DNA of 64,000 nucleotides from Parcubacteria group bacterium Gr01-1014_20 (GCA_007376265.1 VMFW01000001.1:2455-66454), one strand, 5' to 3'; counted from the first letter of the stretch, positions 1 through 10,356 are shown. Made by a program: numbers and translations. The notes: generated by a model not told the origin, from the letters alone.

Positions 1-5
1 TGGCT

Positions 6-1724
6 TTGAAGTTGGGAGTTTTTATTTCGCTCTTCTCTTTGGTCATACCTAGAGTAACGCACGCTGGTTGGTTGTTCGATCTTGAGGATGCAGCCGCATG
101 GTTATTTGGTTGGATAATGTTCGTGGTGAGTTATTTAATATCGACTATTTTTGGCTTTTTTATCGCCATTCAGGCTTGGGCGATAGGGCTACTCCTCCAA
201 ATTCAATCGGCTCAAAAAATCGTAAACCTGCCGGTCGTGTCGATTGGTCACGAGATGATGCTCTCGCTTGCCAACCTAGGCTTTGTGGCGGCGATTATAT
301 TTATCGCTGTCGCCACCATCCTTAGGCTTCAGACCTACAACGTTAAGAAGACTTTATGGAAGTTAATTATTGCCGCGCTCCTTGTAAATTTCAGCCTGGT
401 TTTTACGGGCGCGATTATGAACTTGTCGGATCAGTTGAGTTTTACATTTTTACAGCAGTTCCCGGGACAATCCCCCGGATCAACGACTGGTTTTGCGAGC
501 GCCATCACAACGGCTTTTTCTCCGCAGAAGTACCTGAATCCTCAGGCTGACCCGGAAGCTAGGGCGGCAGCGGCGGCAAACCCCGCAGGGGTGACAGAAC
601 AATACGCTGGGGCGATATCACAAGTGGACGATGACCATCAGGAGGATATCGATGGAATTGGCCAGCTTCTAGCGCCGATTTTCTCGATGGTGATGACAGT
701 TTTAGGGTTGGGATCAATAGTGATGGTCTTGGGAGCTTTTCAAGTTTTACTGCTCATCAGATACATTGCTTTATCGATTCTTCTTGTGCTGATGCCAATG
801 GTGTGGCTTTTTTGGATCTTTCCGGGGCTTAGTGGGATGTGGACTTCCTGGTGGAAAAACTTTTTCCGGTGGACCTTTTTTGCGCCCATCGTTTTGTTTT
901 TTGTGTGGCTCGTAATTAAAACCGGGGAGGCGATGCAAGCTGGGTCTGCGGGAAGCCCGTTTAGCGGAGAAAACATGAACTTCTCGTCGAGTGATCCAAG
1001 CCCGTTGATAGCCTCTATCTCCAACTTCCTAGGCCAAACTTTCACACCGATTATCGGCACGACTCTGAATGGCTTCGTCTTAGTTGGATTGATGGTGGGG
1101 GGGCTTTTTGCGGCCAACAAGCTTTCGATCACGGGAGCGGGAGCGGCGGTGTCAGCTGTCAAGGGAGCTGGGAAGGGGGCGGCCAAGGGAGCGTGGGGAT
1201 ACACTAAGGGCAAGGCCACATCCACCCTCGGAAGACCGCCGGACCAGGACAAAGCTGGTTTTAAGGGATTGATGCAAAAAATGAATTTAGCCCAGGGCGT
1301 TCGCAAAAGAGTTCAGGATGCGGCCAAAATAGAGCAGAAGGTTGGTATTAAAGACGGCCCGGCCACAAAATTGGCGGCTAAAGGGAAGGAGGCAGCCGAG
1401 GAGTCAAAGAAGCGCGACGAGATGAAAAAGGAATATATTTCTAGGTATGGGGAAATTAAGGGGCGGGCGGCTTACGCGGTGGCTCCAGGGAAACCCAGCC
1501 CAACTCTGGTTCAATCTGTTTTCATTGAGGCCGCGAGGGGAAGCGGGCTTTTGGGAAAGAGCCAAAAGCTAACTAAGGAGCAAAAGAAGATGTTGGGGCT
1601 AGAGGAGAGAGAGGAGAAGGAGGAGAAACCAGAAGGAGAAAAGAAACCGGTTATCATCGCTGGAACCCAGGATGCTTACAACGAAGCAACGGGTGGGGGG
1701 CCGAAAATAATCCCTGGAGCTTAG
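6..1724 (+). CDS. VirB6/TrbL-like polytopic membrane protein of CPR T4SS-like cluster (may start upstream of window)
   Basis: Many hydrophobic segments, motif LIIAALLVNFS, Gly/Ala-rich then charged C-terminal tail; lies upstream of PrgI and VirB4. Confidence 0.65.
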   Translation: MKLGVFISLFSLVIPRVTHAGWLFDLEDAAAWLFGWIMFVVSYLISTIFGFFIAIQAWAIGLLLQIQSAQKIVNLPVVSIGHEMMLSLANLGFVAAIIFIAVATILRLQTYNVKKTLWKLIIAALLVNFSLVFTGAIMNLSDQLSFTFLQQFPGQSPGSTTGFASAITTAFSPQKYLNPQADPEARAAAAANPAGVTEQYAGAISQVDDDHQEDIDGIGQLLAPIFSMVMTVLGLGSIVMVLGAFQVLLLIRYIALSILLVLMPMVWLFWIFPGLSGMWTSWWKNFFRWTFFAPIVLFFVWLVIKTGEAMQAGSAGSPFSGENMNFSSSDPSPLIASISNFLGQTFTPIIGTTLNGFVLVGLMVGGLFAANKLSITGAGAAVSAVKGAGKGAAKGAWGYTKGKATSTLGRPPDQDKAGFKGLMQKMNLAQGVRKRVQDAAKIEQKVGIKDGPATKLAAKGKEAAEESKKRDEMKKEYISRYGEIKGRAAYAVAPGKPSPTLVQSVFIEAARGSGLLGKSQKLTKEQKKMLGLEEREEKEEKPEGEKKPVIIAGTQDAYNEATGGGPKIIPGA

Positions 1725-1734
1725 CGGTATCATC

Positions 1735-2757
1735 ATGAACTACTCATTATTTGAACCACAAATTTTAGTTGACCGTTTCGCGTCTTTGCCGGAGAACATC
1801 AAGAGTTCCTTGAATCACCCGAGCGACGCCGAGATTGTGGAACAAATTTGCCGGAATAATTTTTTGGAGGACGGCGACAAGATTTTAATGGTTCAACAGC
1901 TAACAACCTTGGTTTTGATGGGGTTTCTTTTGCCCGAGGAGCTAGGACGAGAAATTGCCAACAATCTTCACCTGAACCTAAAAGCAGGCCAAGCGATTGC
2001 CGAGGAGATTGATCGGAAAATTTTTACTTCGATTCATGCTGATCTAAAGAGAGTTTATTCGCCTCTCAAAGAAGCGGCGGCCGATGGTCCCGGACCAGTT
2101 ATCCTCGGGGTCACTTCGGCGGAGACGGGATCGGTCACAATGATTCCGGGGGGAATAGCGGCCGAGGCCGAGAAAAAATTAAAGGGAGCTTCGATTCAGG
2201 AAAAGATTGCGATTCTTCGAGAGGCCGCGACGGCAGGATTTGCAAGTCAGATTCCAAACATTGAGGAACACCTCAAGGAAAGCGAATTTAAGCTTTATGG
2301 AGAGCAAAAAACTTATCAGGACATCGCCGACCGAAGCGGACTAAGCCTAAAGACAATGGTGGCGGACAAAAAAACGACCGAGAGTCAAGCTGGGCCGGCG
2401 AGTGAAGTGGTTCAGAAAATTTCGGCCTACTTCAAACGCCTTCCCTCGCCCGGTGAGCTGGATTCTTTTTTTGGCGACTCATCTTTGACAAAACTCCTGC
2501 CCTTTGGACTAGACGCAACCGCACTCAAAGAAGTTCAGCTCGAGGTGGTGCGCGGAGTGACTTCGGGTTTTTCGCCGGAGGTGATGGCTAACTTTTTTGC
2601 TCAGCTTGTCAAAAGGGGGCGGCTTGAGAACTTTACTGCGGTGGCTCGCGGAGCAGGACTAAAGGAGTCCGACTTCGCGCCTGACAATTTACGATGGCTT
2701 ACAAACCAAGCGGCTGCGCCGCTTGGGATTGGTCGCCAAACTTTTGGTTTAGCTTAA
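1735..2757 (+). CDS. Hypothetical protein; N-terminal ~100-aa domain paralogous to that of the next ORF
   Basis: 340-aa ORF in operon spacing; shares RF.xL...LVLxGFL.PE...KIF...Y.PL with 2761..4146. Confidence 0.75.
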   Translation: MNYSLFEPQILVDRFASLPENIKSSLNHPSDAEIVEQICRNNFLEDGDKILMVQQLTTLVLMGFLLPEELGREIANNLHLNLKAGQAIAEEIDRKIFTSIHADLKRVYSPLKEAAADGPGPVILGVTSAETGSVTMIPGGIAAEAEKKLKGASIQEKIAILREAATAGFASQIPNIEEHLKESEFKLYGEQKTYQDIADRSGLSLKTMVADKKTTESQAGPASEVVQKISAYFKRLPSPGELDSFFGDSSLTKLLPFGLDATALKEVQLEVVRGVTSGFSPEVMANFFAQLVKRGRLENFTAVARGAGLKESDFAPDNLRWLTNQAAAPLGIGRQTFGLA

Positions 2758-2760
2758 CAA

Positions 2761-4146
2761 ATGACAATCACAAAAGAACAGGCTCAAACTCGATTTAAAA
2801 CCCTAACGCCTCTTTTGAAATCGGCACTTTTTTCGGTTCAAACCGCGGAGTCGATCGCAAGGGTGGCCGAACAAAACACCCTGCCAAAAGAAAAATCGAC
2901 CCAGATGGCGGAGGTGGCGGGGCTCGTAATACTAGGATTTCTACGACCGGAGGATGCGGCCCCAGAAATTCAATTGCGACTTGGTGTCCCCGCTCAATCG
3001 GCTAAGAGCATATCGGATTCACTGAGCAGTAAGATTTTTTCTCCTCTCAAGATTGAGATTGACCGAGCTTACCAACCGCTTGCCGGAGGCGACAAAAAAC
3101 CGACTTTTTCAACGGGTTCAACGTCAAAGCCAAGTATTGTGGAGGAGATAAAACAGCTTGAAAAATCTGGCGAAGAACTGGTGGGGGTTTTGAAAAGAAT
3201 GGAGAGTCCGGTTAAACCAGCTCAACCCCCGAGTTTTCCCGCAAGTTCGGGAATGGTGAAGACCCCGGCCGCACCCTTCATTCCGCCTCGGCCGTCAGCG
3301 GTCCCACTCCCTCCCTCTATTGAACTCAAAACAACTCCACCCCCACCCGTCCATGGACCAGTAATCCTCCACCGGGAATCGGAGGCTAACCCACTCGCAT
3401 CTGGCTTGGGTTTTAAGCTCGATATCCCCTCGGGAAAATTTTCGGATCGAGGCGTTACGCCCGAATCTACAGGGAAGATGGCGAGGTTAGAGGTTGGGGG
3501 AATGCAAAAATCGCCTGCCAATGCCACGGCTAGGACAGGCGTGGCGGGAGCGGGGAAAACCTTAAACTACGGCGGAAGTTTTGACCAAAATCCGAGACCA
3601 ACGGTGCCACCGCCACTCCCCATCAGGCCCACAGAGGAACCGTTTTCGAAGTCGGCTTTTGGGGGTTTGCCGCCCGTCATGCCTAAACCCTCTGTCTTGC
3701 CGCAAAGCCCTCAAGTGAACCTTCCGAACCCACCTCGACCCCAGCCACCTCGTCCCGAACAGGCGCCCCCCAACTTACCACCCCTGCCCGACAAAAAATA
3801 TCAAACTATGCCCAGGATAGAGAACAAACCCTCGCCCTTCGGCTGGATAAAATCTCTTTTTGGAAATAAGCAGCGACCCGTTCCTCCCGAAGTTAAGGTG
3901 GTGAACTTGAGCGCGGATAGTCGGCCAACCACCCCAAAAATAGAACTGCCCCAGCCCCAAAAACAAGGGCCGCCGCCAATACCCGCTTCTCCTCGTCCCC
4001 CGACCCCCCCCTTGCCCCCACCGCCAACCCCCGGCCCGAGGAGTAGCTCTCCGACAGTTGACATAAAACTTAAGGCGCCAGCTCCAACCCCGAACCAGAC
4101 CGAAGAAGTGATTGATTTGAGTTCGCTTACGAAGATAAGGAAGTAG
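2761..4146 (+). CDS. Hypothetical protein with helical N-terminal domain and long proline-rich disordered region
   Basis: 461-aa ORF, 3 nt after previous stop; poly-Pro tracts; C-terminal VIDLS motif. Confidence 0.75.
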   Translation: MTITKEQAQTRFKTLTPLLKSALFSVQTAESIARVAEQNTLPKEKSTQMAEVAGLVILGFLRPEDAAPEIQLRLGVPAQSAKSISDSLSSKIFSPLKIEIDRAYQPLAGGDKKPTFSTGSTSKPSIVEEIKQLEKSGEELVGVLKRMESPVKPAQPPSFPASSGMVKTPAAPFIPPRPSAVPLPPSIELKTTPPPPVHGPVILHRESEANPLASGLGFKLDIPSGKFSDRGVTPESTGKMARLEVGGMQKSPANATARTGVAGAGKTLNYGGSFDQNPRPTVPPPLPIRPTEEPFSKSAFGGLPPVMPKPSVLPQSPQVNLPNPPRPQPPRPEQAPPNLPPLPDKKYQTMPRIENKPSPFGWIKSLFGNKQRPVPPEVKVVNLSADSRPTTPKIELPQPQKQGPPPIPASPRPPTPPLPPPPTPGPRSSSPTVDIKLKAPAPTPNQTEEVIDLSSLTKIRK

Positions 4147-4161
4147 TGGTATATTTTTTCT

Positions 4162-4671
4162 ATGCAGTTTCAGGTTCCTCAATTTATTGAAACGGAGGAT
4201 AAAATTGTTGGCCCGCTATCACTTCGGCAATTTATTTATATTGCGGTGGCGGGAGCGCTTTGCTTTATCTTGTTTTTCGCCCTTAAAACTTGGCTTTGGT
4301 TTATTTTTACAGTCTTGCTCGCGGCGATATCCTTTTCTTTAGCTTTTTTGAAGGTGAATGGACAACCCTTAGTAAGGGTGATTATGGCTGGAGCAAGATT
4401 TCTATGGAAGCCGCAAACTTTTGTTTGGCAGCCGGAACGGAAGACCCCTACGAGAGGGACTGACATGCAACCAGAAAAACCAGCTTTTTCGCTTCAAGAC
4501 ATCATGGCGGGGATGGCTCTTAGAAGCACGTGGCAGAAACTACAGACTGGCAGTCGGAAGTCACCAGCAGAAGAGGTGAAGCCGATTACTCAGAAAATAA
4601 AAGAAAGGTATCAAATTTTCGAGAAAATCACCGGCGAGCGCCAGGCAGCCAGGCGGGTAGATTACCGATAG
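4162..4671 (+). CDS. PrgI family protein (VirB3-like)
   Basis: MQFQVPQFIETEDKIVGPLSLRQF N-terminus followed by two TM helices. Confidence 0.85.
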   Translation: MQFQVPQFIETEDKIVGPLSLRQFIYIAVAGALCFILFFALKTWLWFIFTVLLAAISFSLAFLKVNGQPLVRVIMAGARFLWKPQTFVWQPERKTPTRGTDMQPEKPAFSLQDIMAGMALRSTWQKLQTGSRKSPAEEVKPITQKIKERYQIFEKITGERQAARRVDYR

Positions 4672-4742
4672 CTGGGCATGGGTGAGTGTTTTTTTAAATA
4701 GAGAAACTTTGGGTTTCTCGATTTTGCTTTATAATAATTGGG

Positions 4743-5465
4743 ATGGCCTTAAACAAGCAATTATCAAATACGCAGGACCTGGTGGCGATTGAGGAGATTC
4801 ATGACAACACGGTTATCTTAAAAAGCGGGGCAATGCGACAAGTGCTTATGGTGGGCGGCATGAACACGGCTCTTAAATCGGAGGAGGAGCTGAATTTGAT
4901 TACGACGTCTTATCAGAATTTTCTGAACAGCCTCGATTTCTCGATTCAGATCATCGTTCACTCACGAAAGGTGAATATAGAAAAGTATCTTTCGGGCCTA
5001 GAGGAAAGGCGGCGGTTGGAACAGTCGGCTATTCTGCAAAGTCAGATTTCAGAGTACAAGGAGTTTATCGCTGGCTTTGTTCGAGAAAACGACATTATGG
5101 AGAAGACCTTTTTAGTGGTGGTGCCGTTTAGCCCGAGTGGCCTCGCCGGAGTAACGTCGGCTTCGGGAGTTGCGAAACTGTTTCCTTTCTTCGGTGCGAA
5201 AGGCGATGCGAAAGAGGTGAAGGTCAAAGAGGGGATGGAAAAGGAGGCGAGTTTCAAAGAGAGTTTGGGTCAGTTAAATCAAAGAGTTAACCAGATTGTC
5301 GAGGGCTTGCGAGCGATTGATCTAGACGCGGCAGTTCTAGGCGACGAGGAGCTGATTGAGCTTTTTTATAACTTCTACAATCCTGAAACAGTTGAGCGGG
5401 GAAACCTAAATGTCCCAGTCGAAAAAAACGAAGGCGTTGAAGGTGATGAGGTGGAGAACAAATAA
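4743..5465 (+). CDS. TraC/VirB4 N-terminal-like protein
   Basis: Motifs LKSEEE...YQNFLNSLDFSIQI and ELIELFYNFYNP, typical of the gene preceding CPR VirB4. Confidence 0.65.
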   Translation: MALNKQLSNTQDLVAIEEIHDNTVILKSGAMRQVLMVGGMNTALKSEEELNLITTSYQNFLNSLDFSIQIIVHSRKVNIEKYLSGLEERRRLEQSAILQSQISEYKEFIAGFVRENDIMEKTFLVVVPFSPSGLAGVTSASGVAKLFPFFGAKGDAKEVKVKEGMEKEASFKESLGQLNQRVNQIVEGLRAIDLDAAVLGDEELIELFYNFYNPETVERGNLNVPVEKNEGVEGDEVENK

Positions 5466-5467
5466 TC

Positions 5468-7183
5468 ATGCCAGGAATCAATTTTAAAGAGACAAAAAAG
5501 ATAATCGCTCCAGCCGGAGTTCAGGTTGAGTCGAACTACCTGAAAATTGGAGATAAGTTTGTTAAAACTTTCTTTATATTTTCCTATCCGAGATATCTTT
5601 CGACAGGTTGGTTCGAGCCACTCATAAACTTGCCAAATATTTTTGATATTTCGATTTTTATTAACCCGGTAGACACCGGGATGGCACTCAAAAAACTCCG
5701 AAAGAAGGCTGCTCAAATCGAGTCGCAGATCAGCGACCAGCAGGAAAAGGGACTGGTGAGGGATCCCCTACTCGAGACGGCATTTCAGGATGTGGAGAGC
5801 TTAAGAGACGCTCTCCAACAAGCGCAAGAAAGGCTTTTTGAGATTGGGGTTTACGTTTCGATTTATGCCGACGATCTGGAGGCCTTGGCTAAACTTGAAA
5901 GTCGAATCGACTCTTTAATGGAAGCCAAACTTATATACATCAAGCCCGCGCTTTTCCAGCAGATTGAGGGGCTGTCTTCAATTTTGCCTCTCGCAAACGA
6001 TGAGGTGGATGTGACGACCCCGATGAACTCGGCGCCGATCTCTTCTTTTTTCCCGTTCGTTTCGGAGGACCTAAACTCCAGCCAGGGCATTATGTACGGC
6101 ATTAACCGTCATAACAACAACCTGATTATTTTTGATCGTTTCTCGCTCGAGAATGCAAATCAGGTGGTTTTTGCCAAATCTGGTTCTGGAAAATCCTATG
6201 CCACTAAGCTCGAGATAATTCGCTACTTGATGATGGGGGTGGATGTTCTCGTAATTGATCCGGAAAATGAATACAAAAAACTCTGTGAAGCGTTTGGGGG
6301 AAGTTTCTTCAATATATCTCTCTCGTCTCACGAACATATTAATCCTTTTGATGTGCCGGTTGTTCCAGAAGGAGAAACGCCAACGGATGTTCTCCGCTCT
6401 CACATAGTTAACCTAGCTGGGTTATTGAAGCTAATGCTTGGAAACATTAGCGTGGAGGAAGACGCGCTCTTGGATCGAGCAATCACTGAAACTTACGCCT
6501 CAAGAGAGATCGTGCCCGGAGAAGATTTCTCCGGAGCCCAACCACCGCTGCTTGAAGACTTGGAAACTGTGCTTCGGAACCTCGAAGGAGGGCGGGGAAT
6601 AGCCGAGCGGCTTTACAAATTTACGAAGGGAAGTTTCGCTGGGTTTGTGAATCAGCCCACCAATATTGATATTGGTAATCGCTTGATTGTTTTTTCTATC
6701 CGCGACCTTGAAGACGAACTTAGGCCGATTGCGATGTACATAATTCTTAACTTCATTTGGAATTTAACTCGGGCGCAACTTAAGAAGAGGTTGCTAATTA
6801 TAGATGAGGCTTGGTGGATGATGAAATATGAAGATAGCGCTACATTTCTTTTTGGGTTGGTGAAGCGGGCGAGAAAATATTACTTAGGGGTTTCCACGAT
6901 CACTCAAGACGTCGAGGATTTCTTAAGGTCCCCTTACGGGCGGCCAATTATTACTAACTCTTCCATTCAGCTACTACTCAAGCAGGCGCCGGCGACGATT
7001 GATATCGTGGCTAAGGCTTTTGGGCTTACTGAAGCCGAAAAAAATATGCTTCTTTCGGCGGAGGTGGGGACGGGGCTTTTCTTCGCGGGCCGGAAACACG
7101 TGGCTATCCAGATTATCGCTTCTTTCTTTGAAGACCAACTAGTGACAACCAACCCCCAGCAACTCCTAGAGGAAAAAGCTTGA
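5468..7183 (+). CDS. virB4: VirB4-like (TraE/TraC) secretion ATPase
   Basis: Walker A AKSGSGKS, VIDPENEY, Walker B IIDEAW, RARKY, TITQDVEDF. Confidence 0.9.
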   Translation: MPGINFKETKKIIAPAGVQVESNYLKIGDKFVKTFFIFSYPRYLSTGWFEPLINLPNIFDISIFINPVDTGMALKKLRKKAAQIESQISDQQEKGLVRDPLLETAFQDVESLRDALQQAQERLFEIGVYVSIYADDLEALAKLESRIDSLMEAKLIYIKPALFQQIEGLSSILPLANDEVDVTTPMNSAPISSFFPFVSEDLNSSQGIMYGINRHNNNLIIFDRFSLENANQVVFAKSGSGKSYATKLEIIRYLMMGVDVLVIDPENEYKKLCEAFGGSFFNISLSSHEHINPFDVPVVPEGETPTDVLRSHIVNLAGLLKLMLGNISVEEDALLDRAITETYASREIVPGEDFSGAQPPLLEDLETVLRNLEGGRGIAERLYKFTKGSFAGFVNQPTNIDIGNRLIVFSIRDLEDELRPIAMYIILNFIWNLTRAQLKKRLLIIDEAWWMMKYEDSATFLFGLVKRARKYYLGVSTITQDVEDFLRSPYGRPIITNSSIQLLLKQAPATIDIVAKAFGLTEAEKNMLLSAEVGTGLFFAGRKHVAIQIIASFFEDQLVTTNPQQLLEEKA

Positions 7184-7220
7184 GTGTGATCGGGAGCTTC
7201 AAGGTGGTAGAATAATATAT

Positions 7221-7784
7221 ATGGAAGACGAGCGTGATCATGAACCACTAATATCTCTGGTTGAGATTTTGATCATTGCCCCCTACATACTGGTAATCGA
7301 TATTATCGGAATACTTTTGGCGTTTTTGGCGTTGGATGATTTTTTCATTTTGGACATTTTGATGTTGCCGGTACTAGGATACCTCTGGTTTAAGGGGGTG
7401 CCGCTTACGAGATATGTTTCTTCGGCTATTGGGGAGGCGATACCGTGGATAGGAGATTTGCCGCTGTATTCGGTTGGTTTCATTTTAACGATTGTTGCGG
7501 ACAGAAACCCGAAGGTGGGGGCGGCCCTTGGAGCGGCCACGGGTTCAACGGCACTTGCCAAGGGGGCGGGAGGAGTCGCCAAGGGCGTGCAGGCGGAAAA
7601 AGGAGCGGTGGCTAAAGCTAAGGACTCGCTTCCAAAGAGGTCTCCGGCGACCCAACAGGCAACCGGACTGGAGGCCGATAGACCGCTTAGGGGACTAAAA
7701 GATACGATGGAGAAGGTTCCAGAATCAAATGTGGTTGATCTGCGCGGAGAGGAAGAGGACGATGAATACGGGATGGTGGCTTAG
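7221..7784 (+). CDS. Hypothetical membrane protein
   Basis: Hydrophobic N-terminal half with EAIPWIGDLP motif; acidic tail. Confidence 0.7.
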   Translation: MEDERDHEPLISLVEILIIAPYILVIDIIGILLAFLALDDFFILDILMLPVLGYLWFKGVPLTRYVSSAIGEAIPWIGDLPLYSVGFILTIVADRNPKVGAALGAATGSTALAKGAGGVAKGVQAEKGAVAKAKDSLPKRSPATQQATGLEADRPLRGLKDTMEKVPESNVVDLRGEEEDDEYGMVA

Positions 7785-7842
7785 GTTCTCGGTGGATCGC
7801 TGTTGATGAATATATGTGTGTTAGTTGTTATAATTGATGGGA

Positions 7843-8520
7843 ATGAATAAAAAAGGAGCTCTTTTTATAGTACTGTTTTTTTTCTTAGCAGCCTTCGCTT
7901 ACGTCGCTCGTGGCCAGACTTTTTCTCCTTCGGCAATTCTCACATGGCGGGCGGCGACTTTTTCACCGGCCAAATACCAAGGCAAAAACCTACCAACAGC
8001 CGGTGCTCAAATAAATTTGTCGGTCGAAGTGATTAATAAGGGGGTTTTGCTTAATTTAGCGAAGCAGAACATTCTGTGGTATTTGGGTGACGAACTGATC
8101 GCAAGTGGCGAGGGAGTGCGGGAGGCGATTTTTAGACCAACGAGAGACGGCCTTCAAGACGTGAGGGTGGAGGTTTGGTCACAATTCGGAAAGGTTTCGG
8201 CGGGAACAAAAATTCCGGTTGTGTGGCCGGAGGCAGTTGTCTCGGCGCCGTTTCCCGGGGGGAATTTTTCTAAGACAAACCTGACGGTTAGAGGATATCC
8301 GTATTTTTTTAATGTGGCTAATTTGGCTGATCTCAACTTTGTCTGGAAGGTAAATTCTAAAGAAGTCGGCGCGGCGGGTGACGTTGATGTCTTAAACCTA
8401 AACGTTGATCCGAAGGCGGCCCAGGGCTTTAGGTTGAATGTGGGTTTGAGTATCACAAAAAAGGCCGGGGACAAACAAGGATCGAGCAAGGAGGTGATTC
8501 TCACCTACAAAAAAATTTGA
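7843..8520 (+). CDS. Secreted protein with probable Ig-like beta-sandwich domains
   Basis: Signal peptide MNKKGALFIVLFFFLAAFAYVARG; beta-rich sequence; start uncertain (7834/7837/7843). Confidence 0.7.
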   Translation: MNKKGALFIVLFFFLAAFAYVARGQTFSPSAILTWRAATFSPAKYQGKNLPTAGAQINLSVEVINKGVLLNLAKQNILWYLGDELIASGEGVREAIFRPTRDGLQDVRVEVWSQFGKVSAGTKIPVVWPEAVVSAPFPGGNFSKTNLTVRGYPYFFNVANLADLNFVWKVNSKEVGAAGDVDVLNLNVDPKAAQGFRLNVGLSITKKAGDKQGSSKEVILTYKKI

Positions 8521-9083
8521 TGGCGCGGCTAGTAGTTCATAAAACGATGGTTTTGATCTTTCTCTCCGTTGGTCTAGTGGTCTTAGGTTTGGGGTCAACC
8601 TTGGCGGCAGAGACAAACATCAGCGTGGGTATTCCGGGGCCTAACGATACGGTGGCCGAGGGGAGCGCCAACCCGGCTGGGGTGGTGGCGAATGCCTATC
8701 AGTTCGCGCTCATGATCGGGGGGTTAATGGCTTTTGTGATGATAGTTTACGGCGCCGTAAAATACACGGCGGCAGGCGGAAACAGTTCGGTTCAGAGCGA
8801 TGCCAAAGACCGGATCACGCAGGCGCTTTTGGGGTTAGCGCTTTTAGTTGGGGCGGCCATAATTCTTTCGACGATAAGCCCCCGCTTTAAATTAGAAAAT
8901 GGTGTTTTTACACTCCCGACGATTCCTTCTGGGCAGCAACTAGAAGAAGAAACGAACGCGCTTTTTAATCCTTTTCAAAATAACCCGCCGGGACAGTGTG
9001 GTCCGGTTGGTAGTCCCTGTACGTGCCCAGGCGGAACGAGTGGTAGTTGCGCCGCCGACGGAAGGTGTACGCCCTGTACATAA
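8517..9083 (+). CDS. CPR pilin (VirB2/TrbC-like) with Cys-rich C-terminal tail
   Basis: AFVMIVYGAVKYTAAGGN...AKDRITQALLGLALL pilin motif; six Cys in the C-terminal tail. Confidence 0.8.
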   Translation: MMARLVVHKTMVLIFLSVGLVVLGLGSTLAAETNISVGIPGPNDTVAEGSANPAGVVANAYQFALMIGGLMAFVMIVYGAVKYTAAGGNSSVQSDAKDRITQALLGLALLVGAAIILSTISPRFKLENGVFTLPTIPSGQQLEEETNALFNPFQNNPPGQCGPVGSPCTCPGGTSGSCAADGRCTPCT

Positions 9084-9088
9084 ATAAT

Positions 9089-10309
9089 ATGAAAAAATAC
9101 ATATTTTTGTTGGTGGCAATAGCCGGAGTAGTACTTCTTTTTGTGGGGGGATATTTCTTGAGGCAGGGCTTAGACCGAAGTCCCGAGGCTCCGGGTGATA
9201 CTTCGGAGGGCGGAAGCTTGCCAGGAGCTGGAGACCAAAATCTCCCCCCAGGTGATCAAGGGGGGCAACCGGCTGGTCCTCTGACTAACCCTAAAGACTT
9301 GGTTCAGGTTTTGGCCGGACCGGTTTTGGATTATTTTGTTTCGTCTGGGGGGAACATAGTTTACATCCAACCAGACGGACAGATTTTTGAAAGTAAAGGC
9401 GGGCAGGCGGCAGTTTTGAGCGGCACTAAGATAGAAAACTTGGCTCGTGCCGGTTTTTCATATAACGGCGAGAAGTTATTGGTTGTTTTTGGTCAATTGG
9501 GGCAGCTTCAGGCAAGTGTGTTTGATTTGAAGACGAAGGCCTGGCAGCCACTCACCATTTCTCCGGAGACGGCTGCCTGGTCGCCGACTGACGAAAAGCT
9601 AGCGCTCCTTTCGAGGACAGCGGGGGTGGCGAGCGTTTCAACCCTTGATTTGGCTAACGCCAAATCGAAGCCGATTGAGCTTTTTAAGATCAGGGCTTGG
9701 GATGTCGATCTCGGGTGGCCAGTTAAGAACAAGCTGCTCCTTAAAGAAAGAACGGGTTCTCGATCTGGGGGTTCGGTCTGGATCTACGACTTGGATAGAA
9801 AGACGATTAGCTCACTTTTGGCTCACAAAACTGGACTGCGATCAACATGGAATAGCGCGCTTACACTAGGATTGGTTTTCGGAATCAATGAGGCAAGTGA
9901 GGGCTCACTATCACTCGTTGACGGAGCTGGTGTCACTACTCGGGGGTTGGGCTTCAAGACCAGACCAGACAAGTGCGCCTTTAGCGAAAGAACGGAAACG
10001 GTCACGAGCACGGTAGGAGCTACTGGAACTCCGGCGAAGAAAACGACAACAAGGATTGTTAACCTACTCACCTGCGGAGTACCCAGAAATTTTTCTTCGC
10101 TTACGGATCTGGGTTTTCTGGACGATTACGACAAAGAAGGCCTCTTCACAGTTGATAGTGTTTACCAGATAAACCTGGAGGGTGGCTCTTCACAGGCTCT
10201 TTTTGACGATCGATCGAAAAGTTTAGATGTGAGTCAGGTGAAAGTATTTTCCAAGAAGTTTTACTTCGTAGACAGATACAGCGGGGGTCTTTATTCGGTG
10301 GCGTTGTAG
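9089..10309 (+). CDS. Membrane-anchored/secreted beta-propeller-like protein
   Basis: N-terminal TM MKKYIFLLVAIAG; FSYNG and WSPTD propeller-like repeats. Confidence 0.65.
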   Translation: MKKYIFLLVAIAGVVLLFVGGYFLRQGLDRSPEAPGDTSEGGSLPGAGDQNLPPGDQGGQPAGPLTNPKDLVQVLAGPVLDYFVSSGGNIVYIQPDGQIFESKGGQAAVLSGTKIENLARAGFSYNGEKLLVVFGQLGQLQASVFDLKTKAWQPLTISPETAAWSPTDEKLALLSRTAGVASVSTLDLANAKSKPIELFKIRAWDVDLGWPVKNKLLLKERTGSRSGGSVWIYDLDRKTISSLLAHKTGLRSTWNSALTLGLVFGINEASEGSLSLVDGAGVTTRGLGFKTRPDKCAFSERTETVTSTVGATGTPAKKTTTRIVNLLTCGVPRNFSSLTDLGFLDDYDKEGLFTVDSVYQINLEGGSSQALFDDRSKSLDVSQVKVFSKKFYFVDRYSGGLYSVAL

Positions 10310-10316
10310 TTTTATT

Positions 10317-10352
10317 AAAATCCCCTTCGTCGTCTCGACGAAGGGGATTTTT
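10317..10352. terminator. Bidirectional intrinsic terminator
   Basis: AAAATCCCCTTCGTCG-tct-CGACGAAGGGGATTTT between convergent genes. Confidence 0.85.
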
Positions 10353-10356
10353 GTTC

